The position numbers and the translations under genes are program-made. From the NCBI RefSeq assembly GCF_006345805.1, contig NC_043005.1, positions 26,908,001-26,972,000 of the forward strand: DNA of 64,000 nt, in the 5' to 3' direction. This DNA is from Octopus sinensis. Its lineage: Eukaryota. This document shows positions 1 to 13,095 of the stretch, piece by piece (positions within the stretch are counted from its first letter, which is position 1; the number at the start of each line of letters is the position of its first letter). Under the pieces are notes generated by a model. It ran no database searches, was not told where the DNA came from, and was given only the letters and a program-made list of their open reading frames with translations.

Positions 1-52
1 CCGACGGAGCCCCATGATATTATTAATTCATGTCTACATAAAGTGCTTAGTG

Positions 53-368
53 AAGGTGCATAGCTTAGTGGTTAATTCGGCTCATGATCATAAGGTCGTG
101 TGTTCAATTCCCGGCGACGCGTTGTGTCCTTGAGCAAGACACTTTATTTCACGTTACTCCAGTCCACTCTGCTGGCAAAAATGAGTAGTACTTGTATTTC
201 AAAGAGCCAGCCATTTCACAATCTGTGTCACGCTGAATCTCCCTGAGAACTACGTTAATGGTACACGTGTCTGTGGAGTGCTCAGCCACTTGCACGTTAA
301 TTTCACGAGCAAGCTGTTCCGTTGATCGTATCAGCTGGGACCCTCGTCGTCGTAACTGACGGAGTGCT
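53..368 (+). mobile_element. SINE family A (tRNA-derived head, conserved central domain, RTE-like tail)
   Basis: A/B-box-like head (tagcttagtggtt...gttcaattccc), central tgtgtccttgagcaagacact, tail ctgttccgttgatc...gacggagtgc; same sequence recurs many times in the window. Confidence 0.85.
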
Positions 369-886
369 CCAAAGTGTTCTAACAGTATTGTAGCAATAAC
401 AGGCGATAATCAAATTTCACACAAAATATAGAGAGAGTATATAAAGGAATGCCGTTTTTATTAAAAATTCTAATTGAAATATATCTTCAAAAAATTATTA
501 CGCGGTTTCAAATACCATGGAAGATTGAAAATAATGGATGCTTTCGTTGTTCCATGTTTAAATCGCTTTTTTCACATTTCTAAAATATTCAGGTATTTTA
601 CTGTAACCGACCGTTTATTCTTATAACATTTCAAATACATTTAAACACTATGCAAATTAAGTCCGATTCATTGGACGTAAGTCTTAAGAATTTTAGAAAT
701 ATAAGCGATCCGGTAGAATCGCTCGAGCGTCGGAAAAAGTATTTGTTGGTATTTCTTCCTCTTGGAGTTGGTAAAATAAATCACATGTCAAGTACAAGAG
801 TCGATGATTCCGACTAAGTACCCTCTCCTCAAACATGATGATCTTGTGCTAAATCAGAAACTATTTTAGAACTATGAAGAAATCAG

Positions 887-1232
887 GCGCAGGTGTGGCT
901 GTGTGGTAAGAAGTTTGCTTCCCAAACCATATGGTTCCGGGTTCAGTCCTACTGTGTAGCACCTTGGGCAAGTGTCTTCTACTACAGCCTTGGACCGACC
1001 AAAGCCTTATGAGTGGATTTGGTAGAAAGGAAACTGAAAGTCCCTTCTATATGTGTGTGTGTCACTACCCTGCTTGACAACCGATACTGATGTGCTTACG
1101 TCCATGAAACATAGCGGTTCAGCAAAAGACACTGATTGAATAAGTACCAGGCTTAAAAAAAAAAAGCAAGTACTGAAGTCGATACACTTAACCAAAACTC
1201 CTTTAAGGCGGTGCCCCAGCATGGCCGCAAAA
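887..1232 (+). mobile_element. SINE family B (tRNA head, internal (TG)n, 3' half ending ccagcatggccgca)
   Basis: ggcgcagg(a)gtggctgtgtggtaag head and gcggttcagcaaaagacactgat...ggcggtgccccagcatggccgc tail shared with >10 copies. Confidence 0.85.
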
Positions 1233-1378
1233 GAAATTAAAATGTGAAACAATACGAAAAATATTTTTTTCTACCTTCCATTGTATTTGAAACCGTTTGC
1301 TTACTATTCGAAGACACGGCCTTTAAATGTGGAATTTTGAAAATGATAGGATTCCAAATAAGTACTCTGTGGATGGAA

Positions 1379-1749
1379 GCACTCCGTCGGTTACGACGAC
1401 GAGGGTTCCGGTTGATCCGATCAACGGAACAGCCTGCTCGTGAAATTAACGTGTAAGTGGCTGAGCATTCCACAGACAAGTATACCCTTAACGTAGTTCT
1501 CGGGGATATTCAGCGTGACACAGAGAGTGACAAGGCCGGCCCTTTGAAATACAGGTACAACAGAAACAGGAAGTAAGAGTGAGAGAAAATTGTGGTGAAA
1601 GAGTACAGCAGGGATCACCACTATCCCTGCCGGAGCCTCGTGGAGCTTTTAGGTGTTTTCGCTCAATAAACACTCACAACGCCCGGTCTGGGAATCGAAA
1701 CCGCGATCCTACGACCGCGAGTCCGCTGCCCTAACCACTGGGCCATTGT
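1379..1749 (-). mobile_element. SINE family A, variant head
   Basis: Reverse complement of family A tail plus tRNA-like head; near-identical to 29275-29650. Confidence 0.85.
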
Positions 1750-2173
1750 AGGTATGTCTATATAAGAATTATGTGTCGTCTATGAGAAATTTTGTGTGTG
1801 CAACAGAAATAGATAAAAAGGAAGTCTAAAAGTGAAAGAGAACAATGTTCCTATGTCTCACACTAACACGTCTACTCAATTACGACTCCATAACAACTTC
1901 TGGTCTTTCTACATCTCCCTTTCCAATTAATTTCTGTTTTGTCCCAAGGAGACTTCAAGCCTGGTTTTGTTTTGTTCGCAAATTATTCTGGGTTGAATCT
2001 GGATCTCCCGGCGAAATACGGTCGCCATTAGTTGAGAAATGGCGGTATTGTTTCAAGAAAGACAAACATCACACGCTTATATGTGTGTTTGTGTGTGCAT
2101 GTACGCCTTTGTATGCATGTGTGTGTTTATACACACATACACACACACACATATATATGATATATATATATAT

Positions 2174-2254
<81 letters not shown>

Positions 2255-2471
2255 AGTTTCTTTATTGGCCACACAGGGCTGCACACAGATGGGACAAGTT
2301 ACAAGGTAGAGTTTTTCTTTTGGGGGAGAAAAAAAAAGGTGGCGTAGGTTTTCGATCAAAAGGGATCGTAAAAGGGAAAAAAGAACAAATAAAAGGTAAA
2401 AAAGAAAAAAAAAGGAAAAGAAAAAAAAGAAAAGAGGGAAAAGGAAAAAAAGCAAAGAGAAATTTAACAAG

Positions 2472-2473
<2 letters not shown>
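2255..2473 (-). mobile_element. 5'-truncated 3'-UTR stub of the Tx1 element, inside (GATA)n
   Basis: gtttctttattggccacacagggctgcac...ttacaaggtagag...gatcaaaagggatcgtaaaagg matches 7098-7260; GATA repeats on both sides. Confidence 0.9.
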
Positions 2474-2541
<68 letters not shown>

Positions 2542-2650
2542 CACAGACAGGTAAAGAGACAGATAGACAGACAGACTGACAGACAGATAGACAGACAGAC
2601 AGATAAACAAACAGACAGACAGACAAACAGACAGACAGATAGACAGAGAG

Positions 2651-2703
<53 letters not shown>

Positions 2704-2734
2704 GTAGGTAGGTAGGTAGGTAGGTAGGTAGATA

Positions 2735-2789
2735 TGTTTCTTTATTAGCCACACAGGGCTGCACACAGACGGGACAAATTACAAGGTAG

Positions 2790-2791
<2 letters not shown>
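2735..2791 (-). mobile_element. 57-bp Tx1 3'-end stub inside GATA/GGTA repeats
   Basis: tgtttctttattagccacacagggctgcac...ttacaaggtagag, matching the element 3' terminus; GGTA/GATA repeats on the left, GATA on the right. Confidence 0.9.
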
Positions 2792-2855
<64 letters not shown>

Positions 2856-2917
2856 CAGACAGAGAGATAGATAAAGACTGACAGATAGACAGGAAGATAA
2901 ACAGGTAAGACGCATAG

Positions 2918-2968
<51 letters not shown>

Positions 2969-3424
2969 TTTTAGAGCGGTGAATAACCGATAAGCACATC
3001 AGAAAATAGACACCGATGGATGAAAGGTGGGGATGAGGCGGTGGGGGAGGAGAGGAATCAACGCTCCTTCTGCCAAACAATCATACATTAATGACAAGAA
3101 ATAAATTATAGGCCTGCCAGAACCATGATGGATGATGTCTGTACGAACAGAATTACACATGGGCGATGGTGGTGGTTGTGAAGGTAGTGGTGGTGGTGGT
3201 GGTGGTGGTGGTGGAAGTGGTGGTGTTGTTGGTGGTGGTAGTGATGGTGGTGGCCGTTGCCGTTATTTAATTTTGGTAATAGTTGATGAAGTGGTAATTA
3301 TGGGTCTAACATGTTAGTTATGTATCTGTGAATTTAAGCTATACTCTATGTGTGTGTGTGCGTGCGCGCGTGTGTGTTTATGTGCCTAAATACACACATA
3401 CATATGCGCAAACCTACCTATATA

Positions 3425-3474
<50 letters not shown>

Positions 3475-3777
3475 GTGTGTGTGTGTGTGTGTGTGTGTGT
3501 GCGTACCTGTGTATATGCGTACGTGTGTGTACGTGTATGTATGTAGATGTGTGTGTGTGTGTATGAGTAAACAAATGAAAGAATATGACTCTCCCCACAT
3601 TTGATTACAGTTGCATGTATTTCATAAATAACAGGTCGACTCAGCTCAACATTACTTAAAGTTTCGTGGGCGTTGAACCCGTCCACTTCATCAGATATTC
3701 GGAGGCAGAAACTCTGGCTCTGACATTTAATCAATGTCCTACACCCACAAAACTTTAAATAATGTGGAGCTGAATGG

Positions 3778-3836
<59 letters not shown>

Positions 3837-3862
3837 TGCGTGTGCGGGTGTATATATGTATG

Positions 3863-3894
<32 letters not shown>

Positions 3895-4282
3895 TAGATG
3901 GTAAATGTTTTTATTTTTCATTCCTTTCGAGAATTTATCCCTAATTAGTGGTTTGGACTTCAACTGTTCTCTCTAGCGTAATGGATTCCTATGATAGAAG
4001 TCTCTTAATGTGTTTTAATGTACACTGTATTTTATATGAATAATAATATAGTCTATGGACTAATTTTCTTGTACGCTAGGCCACAGGCAGTAGAAATTTT
4101 TATAATTTTTATTACCTTGATATTATTTATTATGTAAAATGATTTCTGGTACATTCGTTCGAAGTTTTAACTGGCATCCTCTTGTTGTCGGCAAAAAAGA
4201 CTGCACTTGCGCAGTGGATTAGAAAAAATTAAAATGTACAAGCAATGAGTTTGGCCTCGTTGTTTGTATATTTAATCTAAGG

Positions 4283-4370
4283 CATCCCCCGCTGATGAAG
4301 ACTTAGCCTTAGAGAATAATAATTTTTATTTACTAAAATAAGTCAGAAACCATGGCCCGGGAATTAGATG
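4283..4370 (+). ncRNA. Degenerate type-I hammerhead ribozyme motif (Penelope-like relic)
   Basis: cccg-CTGATGA-A-GACTTA...TAAGTC-a-GAAAC-catg-gc-c-cggg; stems I and II pair by eye; U16.1 position mutated. Confidence 0.55.
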
Positions 4371-4403
4371 ATAAATGTTTTTATTTTTTATTCCCTATAT
4401 ATA

Positions 4404-5196
4404 CTAGCTTGAGGTGACCCGCTCTACGTGCGGATGAGGGTGTGGTTGTTACTTTCTGTTTCTTCTCTCCACATTCTCCCTCTTTGTTTCTCTCTCCTTT
4501 CTTTCTCACTTTCCCACTCTCTTACTCTTCCCTCCTCTCGGATTCTCCCTCGCTTTCTCTTACTCTCTATCTTTCTCTATCTATCTATCTCCCATTTATA
4601 AAAAATACAAAAGATCTTGAGTAAGCTGAGAAAGAAAATATTTTGAAAGATCAATCATAAATATCCGGCAGTGACAACGGAAAGCACACTTGCCTTTTGT
4701 ACGTGTACTATTTGAGCGATTAAAAATAAGAAAAAAAGGATTTCTTTGTTAAATTTAGTACTGGGATTTTTTCGACGATCGATCATGCAAATGAAAGCTC
4801 TAAATACGGGCTACATGCAATTGTAAATTTCTTTCAGAAAAAATGAAAACTGTAAACAATAAAAAATAAAAGGCAAAAATACATAAAAATGAGAAATTTT
4901 TATTCAACTTCAAAAATCTTGCCTTAATTTTCAAAATTTCGAACCCATTTTCCGCACTTAAATTACAAATCCGCTTCTACTTTACCATGTTGAAAATTTG
5001 ATTGAAATCGGGCAAAAGGTGTCCAATCTAGACCCCAAAGTGTCCCCAAAATTCAATAAAATCCCTGTTTTCACAGTAAAGCAACCACTGTAGCGCCCCC
5101 AAACTTCTCCCAATTTCTCACCTCAAGTTAACCCCTCCTGTAAATTTTAATCCTCTTCCAACCACAGTTAGACCCCTTCTTCATTTTATAGATTAG

Positions 5197-5197
<1 letters not shown>
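4404..5197 (-). mobile_element. Non-autonomous Helitron-like element
   Basis: Minus strand starts a|TCTAATCTATAAAATG and ends with hairpin ccgc-acgtaga-gcgg followed by CTAG|t. Confidence 0.5.
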
Positions 5198-5250
<53 letters not shown>

Positions 5251-5918
5251 GTATACACATTATATATATATATTTATATACACACACATATATATATATA
5301 TTAACACAATATATCTGATTAATAATATCTGTTATGATTGTGCGGTGGTGGTGGGCGATAATAATTCACCGTTCTAAAAGACCTGTGGCGGGAATATTTA
5401 AACTTTTGCGGCTGTCAACGCTTTTTCTCTATAGATACAGACAGACGTACAGTGAGAGAGGTGGTGGGAGAAAGAGAGAAAGAGCCAATCCGACCCCATC
5501 TAGCGCCCCTTAAACCGTTCCAATCCCAAAATGTGACAAACAAACTTTTCGCATTTCAGCTTTATAGATATTGAAATTGACTAGGCTTACAAAGAATAAG
5601 TCCTCGAATTGTTCGACTAAAGGTGGTGCTCCAGTATGACCGTCAAAATGACTGAAACAAGTAAAAGAATATAAGAATAAGGAAGAATAACAGCATGTAT
5701 ACTCTGAGTTGAAAATCCCTTTTGACTACAAAAAACTCGGAAGCTGCTCGTAGGACACGAACCTACACCTTCTGTTGATGTGTCATCCAACTTTTCTATC
5801 CAAAACGATTTTTACATTTTATGAAGGGGGGGGGGGGCGAGATATTCTAAAGAAAAAAATAGTTCACATTCTCTCAAAAGTTTATAAAAGTCTTATGAAG
5901 TCAACAATATATATAAGT

Positions 5919-6240
5919 GAAGGCATGTGGCTTAGTGGTTAGGGCATTCGGTTCATGATCGTAAGGTCGTGAGTTCGATTCCCGGCGACGCGTTTTGTCT
6001 TTGAGCAAGACACTTTATCTCACGCTGCTCCAGTCCACTCTGCTGGCAAAAATGAGTGGTACCTGTGTTTCAAATGGCCGGCCTTGTCACACTCTGAATC
6101 ACGCTGAATCTCCCCGAGAACTACGTTAAGGATTCACGTGTCTGTGGAGTGCTCAGCCACTTGCACGTTAATTTCACGAGCAAGCTATCCCGTTGATCGT
6201 ACCAGCTGGGATCCTCGTAGTTGTAACCGACGGAGTGCTC
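5919..6240 (+). mobile_element. SINE family A
   Basis: Full-length match to 53-368, with tggcttagtggtt and gagttcgattccc boxes. Confidence 0.85.
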
Positions 6241-6250
6241 CTATATACAT

Positions 6251-6290
<40 letters not shown>

Positions 6291-6549
6291 GTGTGTGTGT
6301 GTGTATGTACGTACGTACGTATGTAGGCAGGTTTCTGGGTTCTTTTGTTTAGGAAATGTAATTATGTTTGTATGTATGTATGTATATGTATGCGTTTGTG
6401 TATATACACTCATACCACGGTACTACGGAGTCCCTTAGAGGATTTCGGAAACAGTGGACATATCAACATCTCTTCTTCACCATCCATGGTAAGTGTGGTT
6501 TTAAATTATAAATGTTAAATTTACTATATTCATAGTTTGTTTTGTGGAG

Positions 6550-6845
6550 ACGCATAGGATCGCGATTTCGATTCCCAGACCAGTCATTGTGAGTGTTTAT
6601 TGAGCGAAAACACCTCAAGCTCCACGAGGCTCCGGCAGAGAATGGTGGCGATCCCTGCTGTACTCTTTCACCACAACTTTCTCTCGCTCTTTGTTGCTGT
6701 TGTATTTCAAAGTGTCACGCTGAATCCCACCGAGAACTACGTGTCTGTGTGGAGTGCTCAGCCACATGCACGTTAATTTCATGAGCAAGCTGTTCCGTTG
6801 ATTGGTTCAACTGGAACCCTCGTTGTCGCAACCGACAAAGTGCCG
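6550..6845 (+). mobile_element. SINE family A, variant head, 5'-truncated with internal deletions
   Basis: Matches reverse complement of 1379-1749. Confidence 0.75.
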
Positions 6846-7497
6846 TAATAATAGTTTGTATTTACAGTGTACAGGATTAATTGTACAGTATTTATTCCTC
6901 TGCTTTTCGTAATGTAATTGTTGATATTAGGCACTCCTAGCCTTACTACAATCGGACAATCGGCTTCATCGGACCAATGTTCGCCCCTTTTTAGTCCGAG
7001 GTATGAGTGTATATATATTCATATATGTCTATCTATCTGCCTCTATATCTGTCTATCTGTCTGTCTATCTATAGATAGATAGATAGATAGATAGATATGT
7101 TTCTTTATTAGCCACACAGGGCTGCCACAAGAAGAACAATTACAAGGTAGAGCTTTTCTTTTGAAGGTTTAAAAAAAAAATAATAATAATAAAATAAAAA
7201 ATAAAATAAAATAAAAAAGGGGGGTCGATCAAAAGGGATCGTAAAAGGAGAGAAAGAGGACAAAAAGGGGGGGGGTTAAAAAAAAGGGGGAGAGGAAAAA
7301 AAATTGATCAATAGGGATCGTTATCACAGAAATGTCAATATGAAGTGTAAAGGGGAGGACAGGTGAGGTTTACCCGTGGAAAGAAAAGCCTACGGAAAAG
7401 ACCACGGTAACCTCGGTCAATGAAGTCACATGTTATATTTCTTTTTTTTTTTTTTTTTTTTTGCAAATAAGCAACTCTCTGTATTAATTTTTACGGT

Positions 7498-10400
7498 TCA
7501 TAGAATCATAGTCAAGGTGGCTTCGTCATTCATACGTGCCATCCTTGCTACATTCACCCATCTTTTTTTTAAAACATTCACTAGACAAACTTGCCTCTCT
7601 ACTCTCACTTTTTTCTTCAAGTGATACTTGAAGAAGTTGATGAGAGATTGACCAGAGAGGAAAGTGTTTGTCTCTAATCCTTTCAGACGCGTCCACCAGA
7701 TACATTCTTTCGCCATAGCCACAAGTATGATAAAAATAGCTCTTCCTTCCCGTTTGAAGGAAGGAGGCGTGACGATATTAACGATAGACTCGGCTGATAA
7801 ACCGACACGTCCCACACGTGACAGCAGTCGTTCGACATAAGCCCACAGGTGGGAAATTGCTGGACACTGCACGATTGCGTGCAGAGCGGTTTCGTCGCTC
7901 TGCCCGCATCTCGGGCAGGTCGGCCCCGTGTTTCTCGAGCCATGCCTATAGAGCTTATCCCGAACGGGTAGCGCTTCTCGGTAGCACCCGCCAGGCCAGG
8001 GATCTCTGGAAGTTGTCCATAGGTCCCGGGCCGAAAGTCGTTTGAAACAGGCGGGTCAGGTATTCCTCGTCGACGCCCAGGTTTGCCCCGAGCTCGTCGT
8101 CGTACCTCCCCTCCACTAATCCCCTATAGAATGCTTTGGTTGTGTTGAAGTCACTCAAGGTCGACCCGGGACGGCAGAGTTGCTTGAGAGCAACGCGACA
8201 CTCGCGGTGCCAATCGCCCTTCCTCGGCCTCTTTTGATCCACGACTGTAGTTCGGTCATGAGACGAGTTGCGGGAATGCGTGCCTCACAAACGGCGACCA
8301 CACCTGTTCACCGTCGTCTACATAGAGCCGGAGATGTCGCAGTCTCAGCGCGTGTCTGCGCATCATCAACCACGCATGCCCAGCCCTCCTTTTAACGGTG
8401 TTGACAGCAAATGGATCGCCTGACCATCGGGACGCATCCTTTCCACAAGAAGCGGAAGAGGATGCGTTCTAGTTTGGTGATGGTAGGGTCGGGACAAGGT
8501 ACGACGGTCAGGCGGTAGTAGATGATGGACGCGATGTACGCGTTCACCACCTCCGCCCGACCTTTTAGGGACAGTTTCCTCTCGGCCCATTGCTGGGCGA
8601 GAGTGACCACCCTACTCGTTATCTCGTTCCAGTTCTTCTCCATTTGGAGGTCCGGACCGAACCAGACCCCGAGCAACTCAACCGGGCCGTCTGTCCAGCG
8701 TCCCACGACGGAGGTACTGGTGGACGGCATGGGCTTGCTTCTCCAGGTGCCGAGCCGCAAGCCCACTGACTTTTCCCGGTTGATTTTTGCTCCTGTCACC
8801 GCTTCGTAGTCTTTCAGTGTCTCGCCGACCCGCTCGATGTGCTCGTGGCTTGACACTATGACGGTGACGTCGTCGCGTATGCAGACACGCTCGTCCCGCA
8901 TCCTAATTCTCGCGGGATGCCCCTCAGAGTCGCCAGCTTCCGCAGTAGTGGCTCAAGAGTCAATACGTATAGAAGCGCCGAGAGGGGGCATCCCTGACGG
9001 ACCGAACGTGCAATGTCGAAGGGTCTCGATAGATGTCCATTTACGCGAATTACCGAACGGATGCCTCTGTACAAGGCAGCTATCCAGCCGCGGAAGACGG
9101 ACCGAAACCAGCCGCTCTCAGGACTGCCTCCAAGTATCGATGGTCTACCCTATCAAAGGCTTTCGATTGATCCAATTGATCAGGGCCCCACCCATGCCAG
9201 GTTCGTTAACTACCCTGTCTATGATGTAACGCATCAGATGGAGGTTGTCATGGATGCTCCGGCCCGGCACGGCGCACGTTTGTGCGTTGTCGACCAGTTT
9301 TCTCCATGACAAGCGCCAACCTCTTGGCTAACACCTTGTCAAAATTTTCAGGTCTGCATTGAGCAGAGTGATTGGCCTAAAGTTATCTATAATGTTTCCC
9401 TTGTTTGGATCTTTCTTCAGCAGAGTTACAGCTCCTCGACTCACAAAACCGGGTATGCTCCGTTTTGCTGCCAGTTGCAGTATACCGCTGCCAAGACGTC
9501 TCCAAACAGTCTGGCATACAATAGTAAAATTCGTAGGGTAGACCATCCAACACCCGGTGATTTGTCCCTCGAGCATTCTGCCATCGCTTCCCGCACTTCC
9601 GCCGCCGTGATGGCACCTTCGCAGCACCCTGCCTTCTTGTCGAGAGTCGTGGCAGGCTATGTAGGTAGGCACTGAAGTCTACCCTACGTTCTTGCCCTCC
9701 ACTCGTCCCGAACAGTCGGGCAAAATGCTGCTGAAAGGCCTCACACATTTTACTTGGCTCGAGCAATTCGCGCCCCTGTTCATCTACCAGTGACCGAATG
9801 GTGGCTTTGTTGCCTGTTGCGCCTCTGCCACCCGGCCCTCTCTCGCTCCAACACCTTCGTTCCTTAGAGCACGCATCCTAGCTCTGACAGCACATCCTTC
9901 GTGTTTGGCGTTGAAGTGTTGGTCGAGGGCCAACCTCGCGCGCCAAAACGTCGGATGCGATGCCGCTTCTAATTGCCTCTTCTAGCTTCTTAACTAGCTC
10001 ACCCTCTACTCTATTTCTATCTATGGCTAGTGCTTTGCTGTACCTAATCGCTTCTGCTTTTACTGCTCTCTTGAGGGCAAACCACCATTTGTTGTTGATG
10101 ATGGCTCCCGTCAAAGCCTCTTTACTAGTGTGCTAATCCGGTCTCTGAAAACTTGTCTGGACGGGAATGATGCGTTCAGTTTCCAGTACCCAGGACCCTG
10201 TCTATGTGCCTTATCTAAGTCTAGCGTACACGTCACCAATTTGTGATCCGTGTAGCTGACTGTGTGGAATTGTGGACATCCTAAGTTATCCTTGTCTACT
10301 GTCCTACACAGTATCCTATCTAGATACGATCTCGACGACCCACTGCGGTTGCTCCATGTCCACGTTGGTGCATTTGGGTGGTCGAGTCGGTACCTGTCAG

Positions 10401-10928
10401 ACAGTTGGAATCGTCTGAGCAGGTCTCTGAGGCATTTGCATCCCCTTCTGTTTCTGTCTCTACCCACGAAGTCTACATGCGTGTCCAAGGTAGCATTCCA
10501 ATCCCCCACTAAGAGTAAAGGACGAGACGTTCCCAAGAATACTTCTAGACGTCGAAAGAAATCCGCCCGACCTGTTAAGGGCGGTGCGTAGACTGATACG
10601 AGTCGAAAAGCGCACCCATTGCTGCCGTCAACATCCAGAACGATCAGTCTACCCTCCGGGTCTACGAATATCGTCTTGACTTCGAGATCCAGGCTCTTGT
10701 GAAAAAGTACCGCGGTGCCACTACCACTACCGCCCATCCTCGGCAGACAGGGAGCGAAATAAATGTTAAACTGTCCGCCAAACATGGACTTTAGGGCCCG
10801 TGGCTCGTGGAGTCTGGTCTCACTTATGGCTATGATTCCCAAATCATGTGACTTGATGTCATTTAGGAGGTATCCTTGTTCCAAGGAGACCCCAAGCCAC
10901 GCGCATTCACACAACCAATCTTGACCAT
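7498..10928 (-). pseudogene. Tx1 ORF2: APE endonuclease + reverse transcriptase + C-terminal CCHC, frameshifted as assembled
   Basis: Start MVKIGCVNARGL; APE motifs IAISETRL, VSVYAP, LLVGDWN, YLDRI, YTDHK; RT motifs FRPITLLNADLKIL, SVRQGCPLSALLYVL, YA-DD (~8870), LGVWFG; CPRCGQSDETALHAIVQCP (~7865-7925). Confidence 0.9.
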
Positions 10929-10978
10929 GATTCTATTGGGGTGTGTGCTTTAAAACACACAAATGAAAGTACAGAGAG

Positions 10979-13095
10979 TTACTTACTTGTGTCGAAAGTT
11001 TTGGCTTCCTCGTTCTTTGATGTGTCTTCGAGGAGGTTTCTATATAGTTTTTGGGACAGATATTTCTGGAAACCCCCACAGCATTTGGGAAGAGGGCTTT
11101 GAGTTTGTGGTGTTGTGTTTGTGTGATGTGTAGTATTTTGATGTGTTTGGGTGGTGTATGCGTGGATGATTGCTATTTTTAAAGTCATCTTCACAAATGT
11201 TTGTGTATCCTGTGATGTACTCCATTAGTTTGGAGTCTTTTGTGTCTATCGCTGATAGCATTGTTTTTGTGTGTTGGTGCTTGTTTTGTTGTGTATGGAG
11301 TTTTCAGGGTTCAGGTATCTCCCTGCTTTGGTTGCGATTTCTTGTTTGGTTTTTCTTGATCTTTTTCTTTTACCCCCTGTGGCTATTTGCCATTCTGTCG
11401 AACTTCATCGTTAGATGAAAAGTCTGACGAATCAGCAGGGGGCAAGGGTAAAGCGTCTGGGTGTGTTTGTGCGGTTGTAGATATTGTTGTGTGGTGCGCG
11501 GGAGGTGTTTGCTGGGGGGTTTGTTGTGGTTATTGTCTCTCCTACATCCTTGGTGCTTGTCTTCTTCGTTGTTATTCTTGGTGTTGGAATTGGTTTATTT
11601 GTTGTTGGTGGTGATGATTCTGTTCTTGGCCTGGTTGTGGTGTTGTTTGGTGGGTGGCTTGTTCTTTGTGTGTTTTTCCTGCATTTCCTTTCCGCATACA
11701 GCTTCTTGACTAGCTGTCCATATTGTGGTGTGGGCAAATCCTGGCTTTTGTGATTTTTCCTGTGGCTGTTGTTGTTGTTGTAATTTTGCGGCAGATTTGC
11801 ACTCCTTTTTGAGGTGTGTCCACTGCCACATGTATAGCATCGTGGCCTTCTGCCCTCGACTACTACGTATAACTTGCGGCCATCCTCAAGATGTACGTGG
11901 GTGGGGATTTTATTTATGTCCTCTTAACTTATGTGAAGAGGAACTCTATTCTCTTTCCCAGCCAGTCCTTGTTTTCCGAAACACCGATATCTAGGATGTT
12001 TATGTCCTCCATTTCGGATGTTAAGGCGGATGTAATCCACAGTGTTGTAGTCACTTGGGGGACACCACTGATAATGACTTTCGTCACCTTCTGGCCGAGG
12101 TAACTCGGTGTCAACGTTAGTTCATCAGAATGAAGGGTTATCGTTGAGAATTTCTTCTTCGCCAACTCTTCATTCTGAAAAACCACCTGTACGTGTGCGA
12201 ACTTGTTCGCCCAGTCACACAATCCTTGTATCCCCAGATGGGGCGTAAGCACTTTTCGACTTTGTCTGTGCTTGCCTTTCTGGACTTTTTTGTTTTTTAT
12301 TGTGATTTTATATACAATTGTGTCTTTTTTTTCTCCTCATTCAGTATGTGCTGAGGTATGTGTAAGAGTATTTTTCCGTTTTGATTTGTAATAAGGTTTC
12401 TGCAATCTTTAATCTGTTGTGTAGTAAACGAAACTTTTGTTACCTTTTCTTTTATCGCCTCGGCGAAGTTGTTGTTGTTTTGTTATTGTTGTTACTGCCG
12501 GTGGTGTTGGTTTGATGGCAGGGGTGTGGGTTGTAGGTTTGTGGTTGCTGATATGCAACTAGCAAGGGGTGGAAAATTGCCTGCGTAATTTAGTCCTGCA
12601 TTAGCGCAATTTCGGCATTTCGTTTTTTGTCGTCGTTATTTTTTCACTTGTTGGTGATGGAGTGAGCAGTGGTTGAAGGGAATTGTTGTTGTCGTTGTCG
12701 TTGTTGTTGTTGTTGTGTTGTTGTTGTTGTTGTTGTTGTTGTTGTCGTCGTCTTGGTGACGGCGGTGGTGTTAGTAGTATTAGTAGCATTGACGGCACGG
12801 TCTTTGGTGGCGGTGATGTTTGGTATTGTTATTGGTGGCGACGTCTTTAGTAGGGATAGCAGTTTTTAGTAGTAGATTCTGCCATGGTGTTGTTGTCGGT
12901 GTTGGTGGTGGTGGTGGACTCACTGATGGTGTTGACGGTGCTTGGCCTTGCGACCTTTGTTTTGTATTTGTTGCTGTTGTCGATGTTGATGGTGGCGGAG
13001 TTGTCAGGTTCAGCGTAAGGTAACAGAGCATCCTGTTTTTCTGCCTCTGCGTCACGCTTGACTTGCACCTCAGCCTCGTGGTGACCAGTGGCCAT
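10979..13095 (-). pseudogene. Tx1 ORF1 (gag-like nucleic-acid-binding protein, one CCHC knuckle), frameshifted as assembled
   Basis: ATG at 13095 (MATGHHEAE...); ordered segment in ORF 11929-12252; VVVEGRRPRCYTCG + THLKKEC knuckle across a frameshift (~11790-11860); low-complexity N/Q/T stretches. Confidence 0.7.

Noticed and set aside
2069-3080. IYLS/CLSV-repeat ORFs here and throughout the window
   Set aside because: Translations of (GATA)n, (GACA)n, (TACA)n and (TG)n microsatellites.
7818-12103. Plus-strand ORFs overlapping the Tx1 element
   Set aside because: Antisense shadows of the GC-richer coding strand with no recognisable motifs.
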